A stretch of DNA of 58,745 nucleotides, filler included, from Sphacelaria rigidula (lineage: Eukaryota): assembly GCA_964200075.2 (NCBI GenBank). It is 5 parts of 5 records of this genome, joined end to end, with 100 filler letters (N's around TTAATTAATTAA, not from the genome) between each part and the next. Parts side by side here need not be neighbours in the genome. Positions count along the whole stretch, not along the records: positions 35,310 to 46,977 come from CAXNAA020004643.1; positions 47,078 to 58,745 come from CAXNAA020004644.1; 3 more parts are not named here. One strand, given 5' to 3'. The notes beneath the pieces were generated by a model. The model did no database searches and was not told the DNA's origin. It saw only the letters and a list, made by a program, of their open reading frames with translations. Position 1 is the stretch's first letter; every line of letters begins with the position of its first letter. Of the stretch, positions 36,879-50,775 are shown piece after piece. The position numbers were made by a program, and so were the translations under genes.

Positions 36879-39800
36879 TTAGTGACCTTGCACCTCCTTG
36901 GACACATATACTGTCAAGCAGTCATAGTCATACTCCAGAGAATATATCATGACCTATTTAATATCATGATGCAAACCTCATATCATGATGCAAACCTCAT
37001 ATCCAAACCCGCGTGCACCCCCCTGCAACTCCTCATGGACCTGGACGTGTACTAGAGGTGGACTACTCTACAAACCGTACCGTGGTAGGCAAACGTGATG
37101 AAAAAATACCAAATTTTCTTGAAAAAAACAAAAAACTCGATTCTTCTTCCCTTCTTTCATTGATACTCGCCACCTGCAATATCTCGCTTCCTCCGGGCAG
37201 GTCCACATTCTAGTCTCGCTCGACCTAATCAACCCATCTCTCCCCCGTTACTGTACCTGCATTTTGCATTTTGGTACCGCGGATTGAATCGACATACTCC
37301 ATAACTGCATCGCGTCGACTCTCGTTGAGGATTCTAATGCTATGCACCCCCTCACGCATATTTTCAAACCAGATCCTGCTGAGAAATATGACCATCGTAT
37401 CCATCGGGGACTCAAACCCGTGAAAAATTGTCTCAACTGGCTGCTGATTCACCATCGGGGCGCGGCGGCTAGACTGCACTACTTGTGCACGTCGAGGAAA
37501 GGATGCAGAACAGCGGGGATGAGTAGGGAAGACGTGACTCGAGAGCGCTGGATGGATGAATGCTCAACCTCGTCGTTGCTGCAACGCGAAGACTTGGTCA
37601 CGTGTTTATTCGTTAACTGTCGCCAACATGCATGGATGCGGAGCTACTATAGCTAGCTGAGCAAATGCCCCACTGTGCAGAGAGAAAAAACTCCCGTCTG
37701 GACTAGACCGTGCATGAAAGGTGCCGTGTCACGCGGTGAGCGGGCACGCATCAGCTGGGGACAGCGAACGGCAAGTCATTCGCTCAAGGAGACGTTGCCA
37801 TCCCCCCCGGACAGGACACCATCGTAGTCTTCTTTGTTGAGCCTTGGCTCTTCACACGAGCCATAAGAATGCGATCGAACCAACCTATCGAAGATCACCA
37901 TGCGAAATTCGCTTTGACGGGCGAGTAAAATGCTCTGCAGACAGTACAGTATACATACTTCCTGGAAAAGGGGGAAGAGTGGGGGTGGGGAACGTACCGC
38001 TTGGGGAACTGAGATAGGCCCGATCCGAGAGCAAAACCTCCGTATTTTGGCGTCTTGACTCCCGCCGATCGTGCCCCCCCGTCCATCTCCTCGCGACCCA
38101 AGTTATCGCCGCCCGAGGCAGTGGCAGGAAAACTTTTGGGCAAGATCTCGACCTTGAGGGGAGTTCCCAGTTTTGATCCACGTCAAAATCGTTTACGGAT
38201 TTTGTTCACGTCAAGAGGGGGGAAGCGTGAGACACACACGCGCGGTCGAGGGCGGGAGGGGCGGTGAGGTGATGGCTGACGTTTACAAACGTACATGCAT
38301 ACGCACATGCATACGTACGTGCACGCATACGTGCATACGTGTCATGCATACGTACGTACACGAATACGTACATACGTGCATGCATGCATACATCCGCGCA
38401 CACGTGCATACATCCATCACGGCAGTGAAGCAAATTTCATTCAGTAAGGAAGTCAGGATGTGCGAATTACATAAGGACTGCATGATAAAAAAAAAACGTG
38501 CACTTGCACGTACACTCAATCACGCACCCAAACTGGGTAACGATTTCCTTTCAATTGAAAAAAACGGATCATTACTTACAAACCTACAAAAACTGGAATA
38601 TGATTCTATCATAAACTGGAATATGACTCTCTCGCTAACTGGATTATGACCCCCACACGCACACAAACTGAGTCATGATTCTCTCCCTTCCATACACATA
38701 CCTCAACACTCGGTACAATAGGGACAATAGTTTCCACGACAGTCGTGGACTTTGTCGTCGTCACTTTCAATCCCGTCCTTTGTTCCTGATCGCCGTCTTC
38801 TTCCCATTCCGTTTCGAGACCCGGGTACAGCGCTACCACCACATCATCTTCCTTTTCATGCCCGTGCTCGTGCTCATGCCCATCCTTTCTCTTCTTCTGC
38901 TCTCCCGCCCACTCGTCGCCATCATCACCGTTATTCTCCCCTCCACTCCCACTACCACCACCATCATCATCGGAATCAAAATCAAAATCCATCACTCGAG
39001 CGCCATCATCCATGACAGCTGCTCTTTCACCTCGCGCCCTGCTTCTCTTCGTTTTTTCTTCCTCTGATTTGCTTTTCATTTTACCCTCCTCATCCTCGTC
39101 CAACTCCTCCTTTGATTTTTTCTCTTTCTTTGTTTCCAGCTCCATCCCCTCGACACTATCCTCGTCGCTGCCAGACCCCTGTGCTGCGAACCCCATCACG
39201 GCGGTAGCGGCGCTTGTAACCCTGCAATTTACTCTCTCGTCGGCATCGACACCCAACTTTGCTCCAAGAGGACGGACTGCAGTGGCATTCTCTGTCGCTG
39301 CTATGAGACGGTCGTGTTCCGAACCAGGCTCCGCCCGAGATTCCGCCGGGGGTGCGAGGAGCCCAGATGGTTTGATGAGACTCAAAGGTGTGACGGTTGT
39401 GTAGGTGCCGTGGATATCTGACTGCAGATTTGTAGTTGGGCTGTCGTCTTCGTCGCGGTGATTGCGTGGGGGTTCGTGCCTCGATCCTGCTAGGATGTCG
39501 CCGTCATTGTTGTCGCCGCTTCCGCCGCTATCGTTGATATTCGTGTCAGCCGTTGCTGCTGCTGCTGCTTCCGCTGCTGCTGTTGCTGCCACGGCTGTCG
39601 CTGGTGCTTCGTCGTGTTTTTGTGGTGGTTGTTGTCGTCGCTGCCGTTGCTCTTGTCGTTGTTGCTGCTGCTGGTAACCTCCACCAGTGGAAAATGTACC
39701 GCGAGACGGAGAAACTGATGGTGACGATCGTGTCAAGGATGATGGCGACGACGACGACAAACTCGAAGATCTTCTGTTGCGTCCGGGGACCCCCGATGGT

Positions 39801-41575
39801 CTAGCTGCGACCCGTGGCTGTGCCGCCGCGTTGCCGCTCGAATCGCGCCCCGACCCAGTCGCCCCAGAAGCGAGTGTAACTGTCGACGCGGCGGCTGTGG
39901 TCCAGCTGGTCGTGCCCAAGACTAATCGGTTTGTGCGTCCATATTTTGGTTATTTTTTCGGGATGACCGATGGAGAGAAGGAGGGTAAAGGGGAGATGGG
40001 GGCGGGGATTGCATGTGTTGTGTGTTAGATGACCTTCGCATGGCTGAATCAAAGCAAGACAATTCATTCTGCAGGATTGATGACCGGCTGTGTACATGAT
40101 TCTGGTTTCCCCTATCAGACGACGCGAGAAAAACATACGAGCGATGGGGTCACTTCTCAACGTGCTGTTGCTGTTTTCAAGTTTCGGGGATCCTTGCTCC
40201 ATATTTGTGGCACGTCTTATTTCTTATCCTATTCATCGAAAAGTACCTGCACATTTTGAATGTTTTCTTCTCGTTGTATTCTGTTACCCACTGGATATAA
40301 GTGCAGTCTGAGCACGTTTTCGACTTTCCCTGACTTTTCACACTGCTGTGTGTGCGACATCTGTTCATACGCCAGCTAGCCCCAACTGACTGACTGCCGC
40401 ACTTACAGGACATAGTTTTAGTCGGAGGGCAGGCAGCTAAACATGGAATCCACACTCGTCTCACCTCGTTGATTCTGTTCATCACCTCTACCACCTCCAC
40501 CGCCACCATCTTCATCTGTATCATCTTCGTCAGACGAAAATCCGTCGCCGAATACACCGCCCCCGCCTACCGTTCCCCACCGTCGCCGCCGCGGTTGCCC
40601 CGCACTGGTTTCGTCAGTCCCGCCGACGGCACCAACACCAACCCCATCCCCAGCCGTACCACCAGCACCCTCGGAAGCGTGATGGGGCGGTGCAGTGGCA
40701 AACGCCCATCCCGTCGGCCTCTCGCTACCACCATTGCTTGAATTCGTAGCACTGGCACCAGCTGACTGCTGCTGTTGTTGTTCTAGTAGTACTAGCGATG
40801 ATGTCTGCTGCTCCGATGGAATCTGTTTGCCTTCGCCGGAAGGGGCCGACGCAGCATCAGCACTATTCCGCGGTTCAACAATGATCGCCGCCGGAGAATC
40901 ACGTACACCGCCATCACCGTCATCATCTTTGTCTTGATCAACCTCGTTGTTATCATCGCCGCCGCGACCCTCTCCGTGATGCGGTCGTGGTCGTTGTGGT
41001 GGTCGATGAGAGGTGACGTCATCATCCTCAACAACGGCGGTGGTCGTTGCTGCTGTGGCTGCTCCTGTTGTTGCCGTCGTTGTTGTTCCGAGACGTCTTT
41101 TTCCCGCGACATTTATAACACGTGCGGTCTTCAGGCCGGTTCCGGGCGGGGTGATCATGTCGACCGGATCTTTGCTTGCCGCGCGATCTTTCCCAGCACT
41201 ACTGCTACCACGACCGCTGCTGCTGCTACTGCTGCTACTGCTGCTGCGAGTACCGCTAGCACTGCGAGGACTAGTATCGTTGGCAGTGATGACCGCAGGG
41301 TCCACTTGCACCATTTTGCCAGTGCCGCGCTGCCGTGGATCATGACTACTGGTCGAACTTGCTGCGACAGCGGCAGCGGTTGTTGTGGTCTTTTCTGCGG
41401 CGATCGAGGTAATGTGCGACATGCGCTCGAGGGGCATCACAGTACATGCCGCTACGTTTGTGTGCGTATCGACCAGGGTCGGCGGTGACGCCCTCCTTGT
41501 TGTGTGTCCGTGGAACGGTTGGGTCTTGTGCCCTGTGTCAACGGCAGCGGTAAGGTGCCCTGTTGTTGCTGTTGG

Positions 41576-41612
<37 letters not shown>

Positions 41613-41621
41613 GCGGCTTCG
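36879..41621 (-). CDS. Multi-exon gene, unknown low-complexity/acidic protein (exons 40465-41621, 38702-39921, 37998-38152, 37257-37375, 36879-36910)
   Basis: Two >1.1-kb open exons; GT-AG sites join in phase (QNQR|VLGTT, PSVE|VEILPK, FPKR|IWFENM, QNA|VYVSKEVQGH*). Candidate upstream exons at 43379-43449 and ~42632-42776 do not phase cleanly into 41621. Confidence 0.6.
38285..38415. repeat. CATACG/TGCA minisatellite
   Basis: Degenerate tandem ACATGCATACGT-like units. Confidence 0.8.
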
Positions 41622-41963
41622 CTGCGGATAGAAGAGCAGGACCGTGCGGGAAGCAGTGTGGTGACAAAAACAAATGGGCGGGAGACACAACAACAAAAAG
41701 GTGATCAGTGTGGGATAGGACAGGATAGTGGACACGAATATAATTTACAGTACGACCCAACATCACTTCGGGTACTACTACGTGATATTCCGTATTTCCT
41801 CCCTCGAGTATTGTATATTAGGTGACCTGTGTCCCGGATGTATACCTTGCGGAACTCGATACTGCAACACCTGAAAACCCCGGGGACCTTAGGGTATGGT
41901 AAAAAAAAAAAAAGACAAACCTTAAAATTGCAAGGCTGTGTTCCGTGGGGCACGGGTATGTTC

Positions 41964-42497
41964 TGTAGGGTATGAGATTCCTCACAGAACTCACAGAAAT
42001 ATCGGGTACCGGTGTAAACGTCGCGCAGAAATTACAAAACTGTACGTTACCGGTTTGAAAAGTCTTGGATATATTACAGAACTTGTCGGGTAGGGTATGG
42101 GAGGCTTACAGAAACAAGTACCAGCAGTCAGGTATTTCTTCAAGAGCATACTCACGCTCCGGGTGCGGATACATCTTCTGTACAGAACTCACAGAACTGT
42201 CAGGTAAGGGTACGGGAGGCGTACAGAACTCACAGAAACTGTCGGGTAGGGTATGGAGGCTGCACAAAAAAACGTACCCGCGACCGGGTAGCTCATCAAG
42301 AGCATACTCGTGCCCCTCGGTAAGGGTACGGGAGGCGTACAGAAGTCACAGAACTATCGGGTAAAGGCATGAAAGTCTTACGGAGGTTACAGAATTATCG
42401 GGTACCAGTATGAAAGTCTGACAGAGGTCATAGAACTTTCGGGTACGGTAAATGCCCGGGAGAATAGCCCCGGGTATACAGAAAACCGTACCCTACA
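41964..42497. mobile_element. Non-autonomous TIR element with tandem ACAGAACTCACAGAACTGTCGGGTA-like subrepeats
   Basis: Termini TGTAGGGTATG / CGTACCCTACA; about 8 internal repeat units. Confidence 0.7.
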
Positions 42498-45400
42498 AAA
42501 CGCCATCTTGAAAAAATGTGCTGTCGAGAGAGCACCACAGCAAGGATCTGGATAGTGCGTCTAGAATGAAGTACAGTATATAAGAGACATGGAAAATGTG
42601 CAGTACATTTAATGAGCACGACCGCCTTACAGTGTTGGAGGGAGGGGTTGACTGTTGAGAGCGGGTCCAACGTCGTGGCGATGCTAGACTCTTGGAAGTC
42701 ATTTCGCTTTTTCAGGGGCGTTCTTAGCCACGGGTGTACCTTTGGAAAAAAATTCACGCACTTCTTCATTTTCCACCTGAGAAACGAACACCCCACCCCC
42801 CCCCCCCCCCCCCCCCCCCCCCACCCAACCAAACACAGCCAACACCCCCCCCCCCCCACCACNNNNNNNNNNCACTCCTTTTTTCCTTTTCCCCCGTAAC
42901 AACCCCCCCCCCCCCCCCCCCCCCCCTCAAAGTTGCATACTAAAAGGTGTGAGACCCCACCTCCGTATTCCACATCCCATCGCACCGTGCCATTGCACTG
43001 TGTCATGCCAGTAGCGCAAGGGTCCGAACGAATCACCACGAGAACAGCAAGCTCATAACCGTATCTACATGCATTGTAGTCATGGCGTGCGCCGTCTAGG
43101 AGCTGTACGTGCCCCAAGCTTCATGAAACAAGTAGCAGTTGCTGATTTTTGCATGTGTTCACCATGCAAATTTGGAATTGGAATTGAACGACGCCATGGA
43201 AAACAAGTCAAGCACTTTCCTACGACGTGAACGTAGTGGGAAACGTGCAAAAATGGGGAGGAAAATGTGTGTGCGTGTGTGTGTGTTTGTGTGTTTGTGT
43301 GCTTGCGTCGTTAGGAATGGCTCTTAAAAATAGTTTCGATGGGCATGTTTTTTGCAGTGGGTCTCGTTCTTCAGTTACCTGATCGACCGCCTCCGCTTGA
43401 CCGCTTCCCAGTTTATCTCAGCGGTCCTTTTGGCCATGGCAAGCAATTCCTGCGGGGGAGGCAAATCAATTGCATTCACATTCGACTCGTCGCTTGAAGT
43501 TGAGGAGAAAAACCGAAGGGCAATACAAGACAAAATCTATTGCAACAAAGGAGTACTGTTTCTCGTCCGGCTGTGTATTTGTACCGTCGTCGTTTATAAA
43601 AAGCACGTAACCGTCGCCTGACCACCAGCAACAAACAACACTGTGGCAACAACAACAACAACAACAACAACAACAAGACGTAACTAAAAGCATCGCGCGC
43701 TGCCCGCGCGTCGATGGTCGGCTTCCACCTCGCCGGCGTGCCGGGTATCATACGTAACATACCTACATGTTGCTCTCATCATGACCACCCGAAATTCGAT
43801 TATTTGTTGATACGTTGAGCATACAAACATGGACATACGGTCACTTAGGGTCCCAGCATCGTGCGGTGGGCGCCAGACCGGCATGGCAACCAAAATAATA
43901 CGAAGGTAGAGTTCCCACAGAACACACACATGCATGTTAACGTATTACCCAGTGTCGACTTTTCGGCAAATACGCCTATGACCCTCTATACAAAAATAGG
44001 TCGACTTTTCGGGGTGGGACAAGAGTGCAGGCTGAACATTGCTGTGTTCAACCACACTCACACATCCCTAATCCTGTGCTCTGGACACCACAAAACCGGT
44101 AAGCCGTGTGGTGATACAAAACGCGCTGGGTCATGTACGAACGTCTGCGCCGAACATGGCGAGCAAAACCGCGCTCCCGCTATACGCAGCGTAGGCACAA
44201 CATGAGGCGTGCAGGGGATAGCAACCGAGGAAGACAAAAAGGGAGTGCCATGCCAAAATAGTTGAGCAAAACAATACTGTACACCTGACTTGACAGTATG
44301 TTCCGACAATGTATCGTACCCCATACCGACGAAATGGAGTCCCTCCCCGTACTATAATGACTTGTATCATACCTGTCGGTACTAGTTTGCTGTTACTATA
44401 TTGTGCTGTTGTAATGATGGTGATGTAATGTCGTCACAGCATGCACTATCTGTCTCTTGTATGCCTGCATTGCCCATCGAAGCACAGTACAGCATAGTAC
44501 AGTACAGTATAATTGATCGTACCGTTGTTGACGACGAGTACGACGCCAAGATCTGGACAAGAAAAATGTAAGGACCAACAACTTCTACTCACTCATGAAT
44601 AAAATTCGCAGCAAAACCAGCCGGATATCAGGCGAAGCTAGCAGATTTGCCTGCAAACTAACTTTGTTCCTGTGGTCCCTCAGACGGTAACGGAATAGAA
44701 TTTTTTTGTAGTCATAAACAGACGACTGAGCTATCTACCACTCAGCCCCGACGAAGTAGGCCAGCGGTTAGCGCGACTACTCAACATGGGCTGCACACCT
44801 ATATTCTTCTTGCATGCTACCACGCTGAAACCACACCATCATGCACGACTCCCTCAACACCAGGCGAAGCAAAAGGGCTCTTCACGGGTGTGGTGAAAAG
44901 GTTCCCTGCCCAGGCGAAATCAAGTCTTGGCCTTTCACTCGCCTACACTACACTCCCCTACCCACCACAGCTGGATAAGGGGTTGGTGAAACAAACCCAC
45001 GAACTACTTTAGGGTTCAAATCAAAACAGTCTCATAGGGGAAGAGGATTGGCGAAGCCACGGTAGAACTTGGGCGAAAGATTTGCTTCTGTTGACAAAAA
45101 AAACGTCTGTGGAGAGAGACTGCCAAACGCACGTTGTGCACTGAATATTGAAAACTATCCTTTTTTGTTATTGTTATTTTCCGTCTTATTTATTGCGTCC
45201 AATACAAAACTATTCCACAACAGGGGTGGTAGGGGTGGTAGCCTTTCATCTCTGGAGGCCCGCTGTAAATCAATGCTGTATCGCAGTGGTCACACGGCAC
45301 AGACAGCTCGTTTATCAGAGGAACAACAACTAGCTCACCAAACAACGCAACTCCATCCCCCTCTCCCCCACCAGACCAATGACTATGGCATGCATGATCA

Positions 45401-45844
45401 TGAGTACACCCCCCACCGGACGAGCGCCGTCTACGACAGCTAACCTTGGAATCGATGCCCACATTACTTCTGCCTGTCCAGCCCGAGCCCTGCATCCCGT
45501 CGTGCGTAGATCCAAGCCGATCGATTCCGGGTCTGAGCCCTGCGAGGTCGGTCGTAGCCGGCGTTGTCGATGGCCTCCGTGCTCTTGACGGCGTTGCTGC
45601 TGGACCTTAGTAAGTGTGCAACAAACGCGCAGCGAACTTATATATATATATATATATACATGTATATAACTCGTCAGCTGGTAACCGAATGGTGCTATTT
45701 TTGGAGTTAATCATAAATAACAGTATTATCGTATTATCCATTACCTTTTCTCGTGAAAATGTTTCCCTGTAGACAGATGTCATTGCGTTCCTCTGAAGCT
45801 CTGACAGGCCCGCATTTCGTCCATACTTTATTTCTGAGTAGTAT

Positions 45845-46194
45845 TGTGGAGATCGCCATTTGGGCATGTGCGGAGATATTTCCTTTTATGACGTGTAACC
45901 TAGTAACCGGCTGTTACAGGGGTAGCTCGAAGGAGCTTCGAAACTCCTGCATCTGTACAGCCGGATCTGGGACCCCAAGGTAACAGGGACCTTCCCAGCT
46001 AAGTGCTGGCTATCCCTGGGCATCATTTCGACTTCGTCTCCGGGCTAACTCGCTCGCGCTCGTCGAGCTTTCCCGAGTGATCTACTTGCCTTAACCTCCC
46101 GACTTACGGTCAATCCTTGACTATGTAACACGAGGAAAATCATCGGCCACCTTCGACGGTTCCTACCGTCACCGGGAGTCTCACGACCTCCACA
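45845..46194. mobile_element. Probable solo LTR
   Basis: TGTGGAGATC...GACCTCCACA terminal inverted repeat (9/10 match); 350 bp; flanks GTAT/CTAT form a near 4-bp TSD. Confidence 0.55.
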
Positions 46195-46977
46195 CTATCG
46201 ATTATATATCATTTAGCATCAGGCTTGTACCGATTACGCATGTACCGAATTTTTTTCTCCTATGATAGCATATAAAGCGGGGGTACTACTGTAGCACAAT
46301 GGGTAAAAGCCTATTTAGCATTTCCGTCAAGTGCCTTTTCTGCGGACAGGTGTCATTTTCCTGTCGACGCCTGAGAAGCCACAGATTCGATTTGACTTGG
46401 TTTTAGAGTACGCCTCTGCCAGGTCATCATTACACCTTTTGATTGGCATCATTTTCGAGTAAATCTTCTTCACTGACCCTCTCCTCTCTTCCATTCCAGT
46501 GGACATGAGGGTGCGTTCTGTTTCTGCTTGGATTTGGAGCACCTTTGATTTCTGCAGTGTGTTCTGCATGGGCGTCAAACATGAAGGGCATTTGATTGCC
46601 GCACGCATGTTTCTTCCTTTTCTTTTCTTCCTGGTTCTGTTTCTGTTCTGCTGCTGCAGCATTTTTTCTCTCCAGCATCACTTTCATATTGAATTTTAAT
46701 AGTCATGTCTGAAACGGTCAGCCGGGTCGCTTTCACAATTTGTGATCGTCATGATTTTTCACTTTGGACTTGGATCGCCATCGTGTCCGAACGAAAACGG
46801 TCAGCCGGGTCATTGCAGTATAATTGTTTTCCTCTTTTGTATCGAAGGGTGCTCCGTGGGCCGCTCTCAAAACTGTTTAAAATGCTCTTGCCTCGGGTAT
46901 TCTGTTCTGAACAGCTCTCACATCAACGGCCACTCTTTCTTCAAATTTCATTATTATTATTATTATTATTATTATTA

Positions 46978-47077
46978 NNNNNNNNNNNNNNNNNNNNNNN
47001 NNNNNNNNNNNNNNNNNNNNNTTAATTAATTAANNNNNNNNNNNNNNNNNNNNNNNNNNNNNNNNNNNNNNNNNNNN
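46978..47077. other. Artificial contig spacer
   Basis: Same 100-bp linker. Confidence 0.98.
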
Positions 47078-47140
47078 AAAGCGAATGATCAAAGCCACTC
47101 TCAATCGGATCATCCACTCTCAATCTCACGAAAGCACTGT
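47078..47140. mobile_element. End of ACAATGTTTTCGTGA-type MITE abutting Gypsy pol
   Basis: AAAGCGAATGATCAAAGCCACTCTCAATCGG...CTCTCAATCTCACGAAAGCACTGT matches 57958-58019. Confidence 0.8.
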
Positions 47141-47725
47141 TTGTTCCAGTTTTTCTTGCGAAGAAATGCAATGTGCCTCCGCAGAGTGAGATGGTAGTAT
47201 TAGTTGAAACGGAAAATACCCCGTAAACAACAACAGCAGCCGTCGTAAAGCCATGCATAATAACCGAAGAAAACATTCGATCAAGCGATGTACCCCAAGC
47301 GTTCACGCGCATCATCGTTGCAAGGATGGTGCGCACATGGTCGGCAACAAATGAAACGGCAATGGTACAAATCGCCAACCCGTCGAACCGACATGTGAAC
47401 CTGAAACGTAATACGGTTTTAGGCTATATCACCCCAGTACGTGAAACAAAACCAGCCACAGTCAGTGCAATGGCGGGAAATAAGGTGTCAGAGAGAGAGA
47501 AAATGCGAAGAGGAATTACGTCCAGCTTTACGGAAAGCTTTCGAAAATACGACCTATCCCCCGGAACAATGCTCTCAAATACTGGATCTTTGCGCAAAAA
47601 TACCGTTCTGTGTTTATACTTACTCCGCAGGAGTTTGGCTGTTGTACGTCAGATGAAGCGCGTTTTCCGCCAGTAGACCGAGCTCCATATAGAGCAAACC
47701 CCAGAGTGCAAGACGCAATCGACAA

Positions 47726-48385
47726 ATGCGTCGACCAGATGGGAAAGATAGTATAGTCGAACAACGCCCAAGCCCGTGGCGATCAGCAGTTACAATAGTC
47801 GCGAAAGCAGACGGAACAGCAAGATTTTCCGTAGATTGTCGAGCAACGATAAAGAAAAACTTGTTTCGCAAACCATGGCCCATGCCAGCTATCGAACGCC
47901 ACATAGACACAGTAGCGGGGGCGAAATTCATGACAGTTTGCGATGTACAAAGTGCATTCCACCAGATCCCGGAGAGCGAAAAAGAGAAAACAGCGTTCGT
48001 AACTGAAAGAGGGAAATGGGTGTTCAACCGTGTACCGTTTGGTGTAGCGTGTTCACCCTTCATCTTCTCACGCATAATGGCACTAGCATTTGCACACTTT
48101 GGACCCAAGAGTGGTTTACTAGTGTATATGGATGACATAATTTGTTGTTCATCAAGCTGGGGGAGTCACCTCACCCTACTAGACAGCACGTTCAATGCAC
48201 TGCAAACAGCAGGCCTCTCACTGAAGCCGACAAAAATCCAATTTGGTCCACAGCAGGTCAAATACTTGGGCCATGTACTGTCCGCAGATGGCATCAAAGT
48301 GAGTGATAAAAGAATAAAAGCTATCCTCGACTTGCCGAAATCCACCAATATCAAAGAGTTGCGATCAGTACTCGGTACAATATAA
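47726..48385 (+). pseudogene. Gypsy reverse transcriptase
   Basis: SPWRSAVTIVAKADGTARFSVDCR, DVQSAFHQI, KTAF, RVPFG, VYMDDI, VKYLGH. Confidence 0.95.
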
Positions 48386-48539
48386 ATTTCGTACGGAAAT
48401 TCATACCAGATTTGGCTACAACAATAGCACCATTGGTAGACCTCACGAAAAATGAGGCAGCAAAACAGCTGTCGAAACTCTGGAATACTGAACATAATGA
48501 AGCCTTCGAAAAAAGAAAAAAAAATGATGACCGAGGTAA

Positions 48540-48930
48540 CTGTCGTTAATTTTCCAGATTACACGAAAGACTTCACAATAAACGTCGATGCTTCAGACCG
48601 AGGGGCCGGGGCCTAGGTTTCCTGAAAGAAAGGCGAAGATGCGGCAATCGTAGTATACTTTAGTCAACGTTTCAACGACGCCCAAGCCCGCTATTCGCCC
48701 ACCATGATAGAATGTTACGCGGTCGTACTAGCGATCCAACATTTCAGACCCTTTCTGTGGGGAAGTCAATCCACGTGTGTAACAGACCATGCCGTTTTCT
48801 TATATTTGTATGCGATGCAAGATGCAAGTAATTTGTTGACCCGATGGGCGATCGCAGTCTAATCGTATGATTTCACGGTCAAACATAAACCGGGGAAACT
48901 TGATGTTATACCGGACACCCTCTCGCGGCT
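48540..48930 (+). pseudogene. Gypsy RNase H
   Basis: VDASD, YFSQRFNDAQARYSPTMIECYAVV, VTDH, LTRW, HKPGK...DTLSR, with stops. Confidence 0.88.
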
Positions 48931-49369
48931 GTTCGCGTTTGAAAAGCGACAGGAAGCGGACGTCAAGCCGTTGCTTGCGCCGATATGCCGTAACGTCCTA
49001 GAAGACCCTGAGTCACAAATAGCTAAACCACAACATCAGTTCAAGATTTCGGCTGAGAAGCTCGACAATTTGGAATCGGTGCAAAGTGATCGAGATTTGT
49101 TCACCGTGAAATCAGTACACGTGAGCGCAGCGAACGTCTTCACGTCAATCGACCGCAACAAATTGCGAGAAGAGCAAGCACTAGAGTACGGACCCTACAT
49201 CCAATATATCACGGAAAAAGATGCTCCGATACCAGAAAAAAAATCGCTCACATCGATGTCACATTATTCAGTACATGACGGGATTTTATTCAAGTCTTAC
49301 TTGCCGGGACACTTGAAAAAACGAGGCACAGTTTGTGACCAACTTGTGCTACCTTAGACCCTGATAAGC

Positions 49370-50464
49370 TTGGGGCTACATTCATACCACGACCATGCAC
49401 TGTCCAGGGGCCACTTAGGGTTCAAGCGAGCATACGACAAGATCCAACCGAAATATTATTGGCCATCAATGAACCGTGATATAAAGGATTGGTGCTTAAA
49501 ATGTCAAAGTTGCCAACGGCGAAAGACGCTCCGCCGGCAAAAATTGCCAATGGGACATGTTCCGGTAGAAAGGCTATATGAAGGAGTGTCGGTTGACCTG
49601 GTTGAATACAAAACGGCTTCAATGTCCAACGCCGGAGTACTATGCAAATACGTACTGTCAGTAATGGGCCACCTCACAAGGTATGCTTTGCTCATTCCAG
49701 TCCCGAATCAACAAGCCACGGCGATAGCCAAAACCCTCATCGACAGAGATTTTACGACATTTGGCATCCCAATGAAGCTTCACTCCGACCAGGGCGCCGA
49801 GTTCGAGAACAAATTAATATACGCATTGCAAGAGGAGTTGGGTTTCAATAAAACGCGTACGACACCACTACGTCCGCAAGGTAACTCAGTGTCAGAATGC
49901 GTCCAATTCACTATGCACGCGATGTTAGCTATGCATATGTCAGTCGGAAACAAAAACTGGGCATCCATGCTTCCATTTGTCCAAATGGCATACAACACCT
50001 CTTACCATGATACGGTTGAAGAAACATCGTATTTTTTGTTGTTTGGAAGACAGCCCAGATTGCCAATTGACATTATTCCCGGCATACCTGAAGAGAGCCA
50101 AGCAGCAGCGCCCGAAGAATTCTCCAAAGAAACACGGAAAAAGCTACAATTTGAATTTGAAATTGCGAGACAAACCCTACGAGAAAGAGCGAACGACCAA
50201 GAAAACAAGAACGAATTCAAATCTTTCCCAGTGTTCAAACCGGGACAAAAAGTACTTTTGATCCGATCGTATCAAGATTCAGAAGGGCCGAACCCCAAAC
50301 TTCAGTTACCATGGAGAGGTCCATTCACGATAACCGAGAGGCGATCGCCGGTTGTATACAGAATCACAATAGGTGACGACTCTAAGGAAACGTCAGTACA
50401 TCTCGCTCATTTGAAGAATATCACCCGCGAGAAACCGCGCCCGCACCAGACTTTGACAAGTTGA
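49370..50464 (+). pseudogene. Gypsy integrase (HHCC, DDE, GPY/F)
   Basis: HDHALSRGH...CQSC; SVDLV; HSDQGAEF; GNSVSE; PWRGPF. Confidence 0.95.
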
Positions 50465-50775
50465 GCGAGTTGTTCTTAGGTAGACCGATACCCCTACCAG
50501 AGATAGACCAACCAGACGGAACATTGCCCACAATAGAACTCTATACCGTCGAAAAAGTGGTAGGTCACGCGCCAGGCCCAGGTCGGAGTAGTCATAACTC
50601 TAAATATCGGTTGAGACTCAAGGGTTACGGCCCAGCGGCTGACCTGACCTACCACGCGGATGAAATACGGCAATGTGAACGTCTCATTGATAAGTACCGT
50701 CATGACAATGGGTTAGCTGAATGCTCACATCCGGACTCGAAATCCAAGACTACAGAGAAACGGAAACGGATGTGA
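50461..50775 (+). pseudogene. Integrase C-terminal chromodomain (frameshifted)
   Basis: YTVEKVVGH...KYRLRLKGYGPAADLTY...LIDKY chromodomain pattern. Confidence 0.8.
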
